DNA of 63,732 bases, taken from positions 1 through 63,732 of IMG/VR virus record IMGVR_UViG_3300031454_000243; one strand, given 5' to 3'. The notes below the pieces were generated by a model that saw only the letters and a program-made list of their open reading frames with translations, searched no databases and had not been told where the DNA came from. Both the position numbers and the translations under genes were made by a program. Numbering within the stretch: position 1 is the first letter of the stretch; each line of letters begins with the position of its first letter. Source of the DNA: a virus. Lineage: Duplodnaviria; Caudoviricetes. Shown here one piece after another: positions 54,996-63,732 of the stretch.

Positions 54996-55880
54996 TTAGC
55001 GTGTCCACCGATCGGGATCAGCCGCCGTCAACTCGGCCCGTTCCGCCTGCGCCATCGCGAGATCGAAGGCCATCGCGGCGGCCTCATCCTCGTCCGGCAG
55101 GTCGTCGGCGATGACCCCGGTCGCGACATCCACGGACGACCCGTTCACCTCTCGGATCTCGGCGTCGATCACTTCCGGTGCCGGCGCCGTCGTCCGCTGG
55201 GCCACCGCCCGGGCGGCGTCGGGATGCGTCTCGAACCAGTTGGATAGCGTCCGCAGACTCGTGATCGGGGCGGCACCGAGGGACGCGAAGTCCTTGTCCT
55301 GTGCCCATCGGGCGAGGTGGCGGTCCGTCCAGCCCACCCGCTTTGCCCGTTCGAGGAGCGTCCGGGTCACGTTCTCGCGTTCGTCAGGTGACGCGGGGCG
55401 ATTGCCTTGCTGCGGGCGGGGCGCCGGCGACGAAGCCCGCTGCATTGCTGGTCGCGAAGAATGAGGAGCCTCGCCGGCTTCTAGGTCAGGGCCGTAGAGC
55501 TCGATCCCGACGCCGAACGACACCGCCGCCTTTTTCAGCGCATCGGTTTGCGCACCTTTCACCAGATCCTCACCGCCGTTGTCGTTGATCATCTGGACGC
55601 CGATCCCCGACCGGGTGCCGAGGCCCGGGATCGTCAATTCGCCCGTGACCATGAACATCGGGACCTCCGCGCCTCGCTGGCGCATCGTGGTCCACTCGGA
55701 CGAGACGATCCGGAAGTCCCAGCTCTTGGCGACATCGTTCAGTCGCCGAATGACGGTATCTCCCGAGATATACGAGAGCATTCGGTTGCCGCCGCCCTGC
55801 CGCTGCTTCACGGCCTGGGGCGGGAACGGCTTACCCAGACCCGCAAGCAACTCCTCGCGGGGTGATTGGTCGTCGGTCAT
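54996..55880 (-). CDS. Rad52/Sak-family ssDNA-annealing recombinase
   Basis: L..PF....K.R.G.....LSYI....VI.RLN, K.A.TDALKKAA..FG.G..LY. Confidence 0.9.
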   Translation of the reverse strand: MTDDQSPREELLAGLGKPFPPQAVKQRQGGGNRMLSYISGDTVIRRLNDVAKSWDFRIVSSEWTTMRQRGAEVPMFMVTGELTIPGLGTRSGIGVQMINDNGGEDLVKGAQTDALKKAAVSFGVGIELYGPDLEAGEAPHSSRPAMQRASSPAPRPQQGNRPASPDERENVTRTLLERAKRVGWTDRHLARWAQDKDFASLGAAPITSLRTLSNWFETHPDAARAVAQRTTAPAPEVIDAEIREVNGSSVDVATGVIADDLPDEDEAAAMAFDLAMAQAERAELTAADPDRWTR

Positions 55881-56750
55881 GCGACCTCCGGGCCGTGGTC
55901 GTCACGGCCACCATGAATCAGGATGAGGTGCGTCTTGTTGGCTTTGAACGCCAAAATGCGGGTCCGGGGCAGCCGCTCGGCCTTCGGGAGCTGCCGCAGG
56001 CTGTCGTGCCGGATGGTCTCGGTCGTCATGGCGACGGTGCCGTTGACCAGGCGTCGCATCGTGGGGGACATGGGAATGTCTCGACTGGTCATCGCTGCGA
56101 GCTCCTTCGCCACATGCTGAATCTCTGCCGGAATGCGTACCGGAGACCGTTGAACGAGCAGACCGACAGCAGGTCGGTGATCGTGGTCCGCCAGCGCCGG
56201 CCCCATGACGGGGCGCTCGTCGATGAGGCGGTCCGTCGGGTCATGGGTCGGCAGGCCCGGAAGCCATTGGTGACGGGAATGGGGCGGCGTCGATTCCATT
56301 GCGCCATGCGTGTTACCCTTTCGGACAGCATCGCCAGATGTGTCCATTGCGCCCTGACGTGAGCCATCACGTTGGGGCGTTCTGTCAGTCGGCTGCACTG
56401 GTCATCACCTCACTCATCGCCACCACGACCGGAGCGAGCGCGTCGAGGCGCTGCCGGTCCTGGGTGAACTCGCGGAACGACCGCTGAACCTGCGGGGCCA
56501 TGATGTCGCCGCTGTGGGCGAGTCCCCGGATCAGCGTCAGGGTCTGGTCGATCGTCTCCCCGTTGCTCGTCACGACCGCGTAGGTTGCGGCCATCTCGCC
56601 AAGGCACTGGTCAAGGGCGACCAGCTCGGATGCATCGATCACCCCATCCATCAGCGCGGTCCGAAGCGTCAGGCTGGTGCGGGTCACGGCAGCCCCGTGG
56701 TCATCGATGGTGTCCAGCAACCGGCTGGTCCCACGGCGGGTCATGGGCAT
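55877..56750 (-). CDS. Three hypothetical genes (about 55877-56092, 56089-56370, 56385-56750)
   Basis: Coupled ORFs; GGAGG RBS before 56750; start of the first gene uncertain. Confidence 0.45.
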
Positions 56751-56900
56751 CTCGACATCCTCCTCCTGTGTGATCGTTCGCACCGGCCCATTCGCCGGTA
56801 CGCTGTAGGTGCGGGTCCGCTCAGATCCCGAGGGGGGTCCACAGCGGCATCAGTGATCACCATCGCGGGCAATGACTGGTGCCGACGCACACCGAGGCAT

Positions 56901-57410
56901 TCAGCCGGATGAGCCAGGAGGGAAGTTGAGTCGAGCAAATTGGCCATGGTGTCCGATTGCGGCCGTGTCATATGCATCTGCCGCCTCGCGGGCAGTGCCG
57001 AACGCTCCGAGATGGTGTGCTTTCCCGTTCACCCGAATGTATGCGCGCCAATTGTTGGCTGATCGGTTGAACCACACACCCTTGTACCCGCTCGTGTTCC
57101 GTACAGTCGGCCCTCGATTACGAAGGTTCTCTTCGTTGGTGCACGTCCGCAGGTTCGACCGGCGATTATCGAGACCATCACCATTGATGTGGTCTACCAA
57201 CACCTTCGGATCAGTCAGGCCAAGGACGAATCTGTGCATACGCACCACCTTGAACTTGCCGCCACGCTCAATCGTGCGTCTCGCGTACTCACGATTCTCA
57301 CGTCGCTCGAACTGCCAACGGAACGCGGCGATGCGATCAAAATCAGCCAAGTCGATGAGAGCCTCCTTGCCGTTGTGCAACACGATTCGTGTGTATGGAG
57401 GGTCTGCCAC
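56901..57410 (-). CDS. HNH-AP2 endonuclease
   Basis: [35 protein letters not shown]; AAAGGAG RBS before GTG. Confidence 0.92.
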   Translation of the reverse strand: MADPPYTRIVLHNGKEALIDLADFDRIAAFRWQFERRENREYARRTIERGGKFKVVRMHRFVLGLTDPKVLVDHINGDGLDNRRSNLRTCTNEENLRNRGPTVRNTSGYKGVWFNRSANNWRAYIRVNGKAHHLGAFGTAREAADAYDTAAIGHHGQFARLNFPPGSSG

Positions 57411-57599
57411 TGTGACTCCTTTCTCATCGCATGGGGCGGGCGGGCGGAACCGGGTGATTGAGACGCGCTCTCGATGAACAAACCTCACGGTTGCGTCTGG
57501 AGAAACGAGTCCACCGGTTCCGCCCGCCCGCGCCACACCCGGCAAAGTGCCGGTGGGCCGTGCGACGCGGGGACGATGGGAGGGTGTTCGGAAGGTTAT

Positions 57600-58091
57600 C
57601 TAGGGTGGGGGAAAGTTCAGAGAAGCGAATTCGCCATGCAGTCGGCTCGCGGCTTCGTCATAAGCCAAAGCCGCTTGCTCGGGTGTGTCGAATAGGCCGA
57701 GGTAAAGTTGGCCTCTCCCCGCGCGTATCCGCGCCATCCACTTTTTGTCGAGCGACGACACGCCTTTGAAGCCGGAGGTGTTCGCTTTGGAAAGCCCTCT
57801 ATTCCATTGATTCTGGGCCGATCGGCACGGTCGGAGGTTCTCCCTCCGATTGTCGAGACCATCACCATTTGCATGGTCCACAGAAATCCTTGGATCGGTC
57901 ACTGCACACAGTTCGCGATGCATAAAGAGGCGGACCTTTCTGTCATCTCGTTTGCCAGCAGAAGCGGCATAGATCCGGTTGTGATCCCGAACGGCGAACC
58001 ACCGATGGACGGACACAATTGGTTCGTCCTCTGCCGAAATGGAGGCGAAATGCCCTTGCGAGAGAGGAATCCGTACAACCGTCGAGTCCAT
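57600..58091 (-). CDS. HNH-AP2 endonuclease
   Basis: [43 protein letters not shown]. Confidence 0.92.
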   Translation of the reverse strand: MDSTVVRIPLSQGHFASISAEDEPIVSVHRWFAVRDHNRIYAASAGKRDDRKVRLFMHRELCAVTDPRISVDHANGDGLDNRRENLRPCRSAQNQWNRGLSKANTSGFKGVSSLDKKWMARIRAGRGQLYLGLFDTPEQAALAYDEAASRLHGEFASLNFPPP

Positions 58092-58117
58092 CGTTTCGTC
58101 CTTTGCACCACTAGGGA

Positions 58118-58489
58118 TCACGCGGCGGTCCGGTTGGCGCGGGCCTTGGCCTGGGCATCCACGAGGAAAGCGTCGATCCGGGCCTTGCGCTCCGCGGTGT
58201 TGCTGCCGACGACCGGCGTGGTCCGGCCCGCCGCGGCCTCGGTGATCAGCCCGTCGACGTACCGCTCCAGCTCGACGATCGGGACCAGGCGCCGGGTGCC
58301 GAACCGCACGGTCGTGAGCTGCGGGATCACCCGCGCCTCGACGATCCGCCGGCTCAAACCCAGCACCTTCGCGGTCTCCACGACGGACAGGAGCAGGGGC
58401 CGAAGGGGCAGACCGGCCTTGGTGGTCAGGGAGAGGCGTTCGAGCGTCTGGCGCATCGCCGCCAGTTCCTCGGAGTCGTTCGAGGTCAC
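58118..58489 (-). CDS. Excisionase-like HTH protein
   Basis: LLSV.E.AK.LG.SR......L..VR.G.RRLVP...L..Y; GTGA-coupled. Confidence 0.75.
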   Translation of the reverse strand: MTSNDSEELAAMRQTLERLSLTTKAGLPLRPLLLSVVETAKVLGLSRRIVEARVIPQLTTVRFGTRRLVPIVELERYVDGLITEAAAGRTTPVVGSNTAERKARIDAFLVDAQAKARANRTAA

Positions 58490-58761
58490 GCTGCCACCTC
58501 CGGGAATGGGGTCTCGTCGATGAGTCCGAGCTTCAGCCCGACGGCGGCGCGATGGAGGCAGACCTTGTCTCCCCCGATCCCGGCGGCGCAGGTGCAGTCC
58601 CGCATTCCGGTGACGAGGTAGACCCGCTGCGGGCAGGAGCCGGACGAGGCGACGTAGCGGTTGCTGGTTCCGGCGATCTGGGTAATGCGGATGTCTTTGA
58701 GATAGACGCGGTCGGCGGCGAAGGCCCAGCGTTCGTCGTCCGTCATGCGGGAAGTAGTCAT
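58486..58761 (-). CDS. SWIM zinc-finger protein
   Basis: V.S.S....Y.V....CTC.A......C.HRAA. Confidence 0.75.
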   Translation of the reverse strand: MTTSRMTDDERWAFAADRVYLKDIRITQIAGTSNRYVASSGSCPQRVYLVTGMRDCTCAAGIGGDKVCLHRAAVGLKLGLIDETPFPEVAA

Positions 58762-58952
58762 GCGGCTTGCTCCACGGAAGGACGGCCGGCTTGGCGGCGA
58801 TCCAGTTCTGCGTCAAGGAGTTCCTGCATAAAACGAGACAGATTTCCGTGACGCTCTACTTCAAGGACGATCCGCTTGGCCTCGGCCAGTTGATCGGGAC
58901 GAAAGGCAATGGACTGACGGACGATGCGAGGCTTATTGGGAAGAGACGCCAC
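58758..58952 (-). CDS. Cro-position ribbon-helix-helix protein
   Basis: First gene of the lytic operon; SIAF.PDQ...NLSRFMQELLD; AGGAG RBS. Confidence 0.65.
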   Translation of the reverse strand: MASLPNKPRIVRQSIAFRPDQLAEAKRIVLEVERHGNLSRFMQELLDAELDRRQAGRPSVEQAA

Positions 58953-59050
58953 CGATTGCTCCTGACTAGCGCGTTCATCACGTCGCTACAGCATGATAAG
59001 CGATGATGACTTCAGTGTCAATCGGTAATAAACTGGCTACTCTACCGGCC
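58951..59050. promoter_or_regulatory. Lysis/lysogeny switch with divergent promoters
   Basis: Minus strand TTGACA(59016-21)-17 nt-TATCAT(58993-98); plus strand TACTCT(59038-43) 7 nt before the repressor ATG (leaderless); inverted repeats ACCGATTG/CAATCGGT and TCATCA..TCGCT/AGCGATGATGA. Confidence 0.8.
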
Positions 59051-59428
59051 ATGACAGACACGCTGGGAAGTTACGTTCGGTCGAAAAGGGAGGCGCGAGG
59101 ATGGACGCAACGACGCCTGGCCATGGAGGCCGGTCTGAACCCAGCTCATCTGTCGCAGATTGAGAGCGGCAAGATCGCATTGCCCAACCCGGACATGCGG
59201 CGAAACATCGCCCGGGCACTGGGAATTGCGCACATCGAACTGCTACTAGCGGCGGGAGAGATCACGATTGATGAGGTGGATGGTGACGACGCGGTCATTC
59301 GTCAAACGGAGGCCGAACAGCGGATGCTACCGTTGATCCGTGAGATCGAATGGAACCAAGATCGATACGACTTGGTAGATGGTATGTTGCGATTATTTCG
59401 GGATGCCGACAGGAGGAAGTCACAATGA
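59051..59428 (+). CDS. Xre-family prophage repressor without S24 peptidase
   Basis: LG.YVR..RE.RGWTQ..LA...G.....LSQIESG...P......IA.ALG; divergent from the lytic operon. Confidence 0.88.
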   Translation: MTDTLGSYVRSKREARGWTQRRLAMEAGLNPAHLSQIESGKIALPNPDMRRNIARALGIAHIELLLAAGEITIDEVDGDDAVIRQTEAEQRMLPLIREIEWNQDRYDLVDGMLRLFRDADRRKSQ

Positions 59429-60081
59429 GACGGTTCTTGGCCGCCGTGGTGGTCATGTCAGCGATCGTGGCGAGCCAGGCATCGGCGCAGGACACAGCGC
59501 CGACGCCAGCAGGCCAGCAGATGTACGGTGACATCACGGCCCGATTAGGATTGCCGAGCGCGGCTGACTTCGGACCTGACTGGAGACTGGATCTCGCTCG
59601 ACGGATTGAACCGGTAGCAAGGCTAGACGCGGAGCGTTATCAGGCTTGGTACACCCGAGCCGACGGAAGCCGAATTTACCTTATCGTCGATCTCTATGGC
59701 ACGTCGATCTCGGACGCGGTTGCGCTGTCAAATGAATCCGATGATCTCATTAGGCAGATGGAATCCTCCCTGCCCGAGGGATCAGGCGGACGGAGTGCAA
59801 TTGAGCTTGGTCAGATCATCAGTGCACCGGGATGTTCCTCGACCACCCGGGCCGAAGGGGAAGAACCGTATACCCGTTATCCGGTCGGCGCGCTTTCTTG
59901 TCTTGATGAAGAAAATCAGCGGGTCTTGACAGTGGTCGTCTCCGGCTCTGTTCAAAATGCTCGACTGCAAAACGTCGACCTCATCGACGCAGCCCATTTT
60001 GTTCTGCGGCTGATCCTTGATGGTCCTTCCGTCCGCGGGATCACGACCAATGCCAGCCCGGTCGCAACCCCGGTCGCCTAG
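59425..60081 (+). CDS. Secreted hypothetical protein
   Basis: Signal peptide MRRFLAAVVV...ASAQD; two Cys; ASPVATPVA tail. Confidence 0.75.
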   Translation: MRRFLAAVVVMSAIVASQASAQDTAPTPAGQQMYGDITARLGLPSAADFGPDWRLDLARRIEPVARLDAERYQAWYTRADGSRIYLIVDLYGTSISDAVALSNESDDLIRQMESSLPEGSGGRSAIELGQIISAPGCSSTTRAEGEEPYTRYPVGALSCLDEENQRVLTVVVSGSVQNARLQNVDLIDAAHFVLRLILDGPSVRGITTNASPVATPVA

Positions 60082-60103
60082 TCCATGGGACGGAGAGCCA
60101 AAA

Positions 60104-61228
60104 ATGAGACTTCGCAATCTCTTGATGTTCGCCGCGATTATCCTGATCGGTACAACTGGTTTCGGTACGACGGTCCATGATGCATCGTCCGCACAAGGCG
60201 TGACATGTGCGAGCTTCGCGAGCCAGCCCGAAGCGCAGTCCTACTTTGACGCGAACGGTGGCCCTCCCGAACTTGACGCGGACGGCAACGGCATCGCCTG
60301 CGAGTCGATCACTCAGGAGCCTCCTGTCGTGGAGCCGGTTGCGACAGCTACTTCGACGCTGGCACCTCTGCCGACAGACACTCCGACGTTCGTCCCGACC
60401 GCAACGGCAACCACCACGCCGACGATCCCGGTCACCGGCACGGATCGAATCAGTTGCGAGGAGTATGAGCGGCGCGGTTATACCTACCAGCAGTTCTATG
60501 ACGAAATCTTTCGGCCGACCGGTGGACCCAATGATGACCCTGGTCGCTATGACGGCGATGGCGACGGGATTCCCTGCGAGGACCTTCCAGGCCATCCGCC
60601 CGGTGCGTCGACAGCCCCGCAGAACATTTATGGCCGGAACGGGGTCGCCGGGACCGGAACCGCCACACCGACCAGCACGGCCACTTCGACTGCTACTCCG
60701 AGAGCCAATACGGCGCCTGGTCGGGCTGGTTCACCGACGGCGGCCCCGCCGAACGTCCGTTCCAATCCCGCTCCGACGGCCACGTCCCGGCCGCGTCGCA
60801 CGACGGCGGCAGCGCCGACCAATCGGAACGACCCGGACTACGTTCTCGGCCAGATCGACGCCTGGCTGGCACTGGAGCGGGACGCTGGCGAAACGCTGCG
60901 GACAGGCATGGCCGATCCCGACTTCACCGACCCCGCATGGTATGTGGAGCAGTCGTCCGCCGTCGGCATCATCCTCGCGGTCCAGGCAAACATTCAGGAC
61001 CTCGATGTCCCGCGGTCGCTCGATGACGTTGCCACGATCGTGCAGGCGGCGTCAGACGTTCAGGCGGCGGCTGCGGCAACCTGCGATGCGGCCCTGGTCA
61101 GCAATGACCTCGACGACGCGACGCAATGCCTGGACGCAATCGACGTGGCGACTGAGGATATTGCGGACCTGCGGGATGCCCTACAGACATGGGACGGCGA
61201 GACGCTGGACTTCCGCCCATCGACCTAG
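60104..61228 (+). CDS. Secreted protein with two Excalibur-like Ca-binding domains
   Basis: Signal peptide; C..F.SQ.EAQ...LDADGNGIACE and DGDGDGIPCE; P/T-rich linkers. Confidence 0.82.
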   Translation: MRLRNLLMFAAIILIGTTGFGTTVHDASSAQGVTCASFASQPEAQSYFDANGGPPELDADGNGIACESITQEPPVVEPVATATSTLAPLPTDTPTFVPTATATTTPTIPVTGTDRISCEEYERRGYTYQQFYDEIFRPTGGPNDDPGRYDGDGDGIPCEDLPGHPPGASTAPQNIYGRNGVAGTGTATPTSTATSTATPRANTAPGRAGSPTAAPPNVRSNPAPTATSRPRRTTAAAPTNRNDPDYVLGQIDAWLALERDAGETLRTGMADPDFTDPAWYVEQSSAVGIILAVQANIQDLDVPRSLDDVATIVQAASDVQAAAAATCDAALVSNDLDDATQCLDAIDVATEDIADLRDALQTWDGETLDFRPST

Positions 61229-61338
61229 TCCCGATGTTATTCGGCGGTACACTTCGCCCGAGGCGAATGACCCGCGCCGATTCCAGCCGATAATGTTGGC
61301 GGAAACGCCGTTCGGGCCGTATCGCAGGAGAGACCGCA

Positions 61339-61692
61339 ATGGTGACGTTCCCCGCCCCTGGACGGATGATTACTGGCGTGAGCGCATCGGTGCGCGACCG
61401 TATGGAGGCGCGATCGGCGGCACGCCGACGCGCTACGGTCGGCAGCACGCCCCCGCAGCCCGTCGACGTGACCGTGCGACTGTCATCCGCACTCGTCGAC
61501 GAGGTCAGCGCGATGGCCCAGACGCATCAGGTCTCGGTCGCGCAAGCCATGCGAGACGCCCTGGCGATCGGCGTCTACGTTGACCAGCAACGCCGCAAGG
61601 GTCGCAAGATCATCATCCGGCGGCCCGGCGGCGGCGACTATCTGATGAACGTCACCCCGGCCAGCCCGGACCTGATTCGTGGCAGGAAATGA
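61339..61692 (+). CDS. CopG/RHH DNA-binding protein
   Basis: VTVRLS..L.DEV..MA....VS....MRDAL; AGGAG RBS. Confidence 0.7.
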   Translation: MVTFPAPGRMITGVSASVRDRMEARSAARRRATVGSTPPQPVDVTVRLSSALVDEVSAMAQTHQVSVAQAMRDALAIGVYVDQQRRKGRKIIIRRPGGGDYLMNVTPASPDLIRGRK

Positions 61693-62023
61693 TCAGCCGG
61701 AGTCATCGATCGATCCCGTCCCGTCTATTGATCTTCGCGAGGAACTGCCGGTAAGCGGGACGCCATCATCGGCGGTCTCAACGGCGACGGCAAGCCAGCA
61801 ACGGATCGCTCAGCAACGGGAGAACAACCGGGGGTGCATCGGTCAGGGCGTCATGCTCTGTCTTTTGGCACTGGTCTTTGGATCGTTGTGGATGGTGGCA
61901 ACCGACCGGGCTGGCGGATCGTCCCTCAAGGACGTTCTCGATGTCCTGGCTCCAGCGCTATCGGGAATCATCGGAGCAGTTGCGGGGTTCTTCTTCGCCA
62001 CAGAACGGACACGGGCTGACTAA
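61679..62023 (+). CDS. 2-TM membrane protein
   Basis: Two hydrophobic helices, GIIGAVAGFFF. Confidence 0.7.
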   Translation: MAGNDQPESSIDPVPSIDLREELPVSGTPSSAVSTATASQQRIAQQRENNRGCIGQGVMLCLLALVFGSLWMVATDRAGGSSLKDVLDVLAPALSGIIGAVAGFFFATERTRAD

Positions 62024-62436
62024 GTCTCGTCCCCTTTTCCCGTTGCAGCCCCACGGCACCAGTCGCACTCCCGCCACGTCCCGTCGATCGATTCGTACTC
62101 ACCGAGCCCGCCGCACTTCTCGCAGGGCGCATCAGCTCGTTGGGGCGCCCGTGGCTTGACGGGCTTCGGGACCGGGACGATCTTGCGCTGCTTGTACGCC
62201 TCCGCTCGCAGGACCTGGATCACCCGCCGCACCGCCTGGATCACGAACGGGTTCTCGGACGTGACGAGGATGGGACGGGTGAGTTGCCGCGTGCCACCGA
62301 TCATGAACACCACCGAGTCGGCGGTGAGCTGGAAGCCGATCCAGTTGTGCAGCTCTTCGTCCCGGATGGTATCCCGCAGCGCCGTGTAGCCCTCGAACCG
62401 TTCCACCTTGCCCCTCGCGATCGCTTGACGACCCAT
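62020..62436 (-). CDS. SOS-box-controlled hypothetical protein with DnaJ-type Zn finger (antirepressor candidate)
   Basis: CEKCGG.G...C..C.G C-terminus; own sigma70 promoter. Confidence 0.7.
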   Translation of the reverse strand: MGRQAIARGKVERFEGYTALRDTIRDEELHNWIGFQLTADSVVFMIGGTRQLTRPILVTSENPFVIQAVRRVIQVLRAEAYKQRKIVPVPKPVKPRAPQRADAPCEKCGGLGEYESIDGTWRECDWCRGAATGKGDET

Positions 62437-62448
62437 TCCGGTTCAGTC

Positions 62449-62477
62449 AGAATATAGAACATTAGTTCTAATGTCCA
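62449..62477 (-). promoter_or_regulatory. Sigma70 promoter with a LexA (GAAC-N4-GTTC) box in the spacer
   Basis: TGGACA-17 nt-TATTCT; spacer contains the palindrome TAGAAC-ATTA-GTTCTA (62455-62470). Confidence 0.85.
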
Positions 62478-62565
62478 CCTATTCGGGCAGGTGACCTGTA
62501 GGCACTGCCGCCATAGGTCCCGTGCGATGATGCCGGGGCTGGGTGAGCGCCCAGGAGATGCGACC

Positions 62566-63732
62566 ATGACGATCACACCGTACCCCGGGAAGCAGGGCAC
62601 CACGTACCGGGTCCGGGTGGAACTCGCGCCCGATCCGGTGACCGGTGCCCGGCGCCGGCTGACCGAGACCGTGCGCGGCACCCGCCGGGACGCCGAGCGC
62701 TGCGAGACGCGGCTGAAGGCGCAGGCGCAGGAGGGCCTCATCGCCGCCCCGGACCGGATGACGCTGTCTGACCTCGCGTATCAGTGGATCGAGGACATCA
62801 TCACGCCCAATACCCGCGCCTCGACGCTCTACGGCTATCTGCGGACGCTGGAGGTCCACATCCTGCCGTTCCTCGGCACGCAAAGGGTCCAGGGGCTCAC
62901 CGGTCCCCAGATCCAGGCATTCTACTCCCGCCGCCGTCGGGACGGGGTGAGCGACACGATGCTCGATCGCTGCCACAAGCGACTGCGGCAACTGTTCCGG
63001 CAGGCGATGGCGTGGGGCATCCTGGCGCGCAACCCGTGCGACCAGGTGACGCCGCCCCGGGTGGTGCGGCCCGAGCGGCGGGTCTGGGATCAGGGCGAGG
63101 TCGTCGCCTTCCTGACCTGCCGACAGACGCTGGCGCACCCGACGCTTCCCCTGTGGCTACTGATCCTGACGACCGGCGTCCGCAAGGGGGAGGCGCTGGG
63201 ACTGCGGTGGCGCGACGTCGACCTCACGGCCGGCACCATCCAGATCCGGCAGGTGGTCTCGGTGGTCGGGACCGCGGCGGCGATCCATCCGCCCAAGACC
63301 CGCGCCAGTCGTCGCCAGATCCGGCTCGCGCCCGAACTGGTCACGGCGCTCCGGCACCACCGCACCGCCTGGGTGGCCCGGCGTCTGGCGGCACCCGACT
63401 GGGAAGCGACCGACCTGGTGTTCTGCACCCGGACGGGGGGGCTGTTGCACCCGAACAACGTCAGTACCGTCTTCCGGCGCCTCGTGGCGCACGCCAACGT
63501 GCCGCCGATCACGATCCACGATCTGCGGCACACCAACGTCTCGCACCTGCTGAGCGCCGGGCTGTCGATCGCGCTGATCTCCAACCGGATCGGCCACCGC
63601 AACCCGGCCACGACCGCCGGGGTCTACGCCCACCTGCTCCCGGGCGATCAGGATGCCGCCGTCCTCGCCAGCTCGCGGCTGCTCCAGCCGGTACCCGAGG
63701 TCATCGTCCCGGCGACCGTCGAGACCGGTTGA
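62566..63732 (+). CDS. int: Tyrosine integrase
   Basis: TG.RKGE.LGL.W.D, PKT..S.R, HDLRHT, GH.....T..VYAH; AGGAG RBS before ATG 62566. Confidence 0.97.
   Translation: MTITPYPGKQGTTYRVRVELAPDPVTGARRRLTETVRGTRRDAERCETRLKAQAQEGLIAAPDRMTLSDLAYQWIEDIITPNTRASTLYGYLRTLEVHILPFLGTQRVQGLTGPQIQAFYSRRRRDGVSDTMLDRCHKRLRQLFRQAMAWGILARNPCDQVTPPRVVRPERRVWDQGEVVAFLTCRQTLAHPTLPLWLLILTTGVRKGEALGLRWRDVDLTAGTIQIRQVVSVVGTAAAIHPPKTRASRRQIRLAPELVTALRHHRTAWVARRLAAPDWEATDLVFCTRTGGLLHPNNVSTVFRRLVAHANVPPITIHDLRHTNVSHLLSAGLSIALISNRIGHRNPATTAGVYAHLLPGDQDAAVLASSRLLQPVPEVIVPATVETG

Larger units (their letters stand above)
1..63732. mobile_element. Temperate siphovirus-like (pro)phage, near-complete; boundaries and att sites not visible
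   Basis: Integrase, repressor switch, replication, terminase, portal, capsid, tail, tape measure and lysis modules in canonical lambdoid order; no host housekeeping genes. Confidence 0.95.

Noticed and set aside
1-63732. CRISPR array, tRNA/rRNA genes, diversity-generating retroelement
   Set aside because: No regularly spaced repeats, cloverleaf or reverse transcriptase seen by eye; a tRNAscan/Infernal run would be needed to exclude them fully
63600-63732. attL/attR sites
   Set aside because: The window ends at the integrase stop, and no repeat shared with the left end was noticed

Overview
The whole window reads as one GC-rich temperate siphophage, probably a prophage. No att sites are visible because the window ends at the integrase stop codon. 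From right to left it carries: (1) a tyrosine integrase, with a divergent gene whose promoter contains a perfect GAAC-N4-GTTC SOS box; (2) lysogeny cargo (secreted Excalibur protein, RHH plus 2-TM pair) and an Xre repressor / RHH cro-like switch; (3) a long minus-strand lytic operon (Xis-like, SWIM, HNH-AP2 genes, Rad52/Sak, three replication-initiator-type genes, a protease-less LexA-like gene, MTase, RusA-like); (4) terS/terL, portal, MuF, scaffold, capsid, head-tail and tail genes, including a -1 frameshift chaperone and a 2,058-aa tape measure; (5) an enzyme-rich lysis region; and (6) a convergent plus-strand accessory operon with a T4 Rnl1-like RNA ligase. A Chloroflexota (Thermomicrobiales-like) host is an inference from the LexA-type helix, the SOS box and the style of the secreted proteins. 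The most notable signals are: three Mu Com-like zinc-finger genes paired with structured late leaders that share an apical motif, plus a shared non-canonical late promoter motif; an SOS-box / antirepressor-candidate / uncleavable-LexA circuit; an HNH insertion whose antisense strand is a fully open, translationally coupled ORF; a small protein resembling the tape-measure C-terminus; and a four-catalytic-domain lysin. All protein calls come from recognising motifs by eye, not from database searches.
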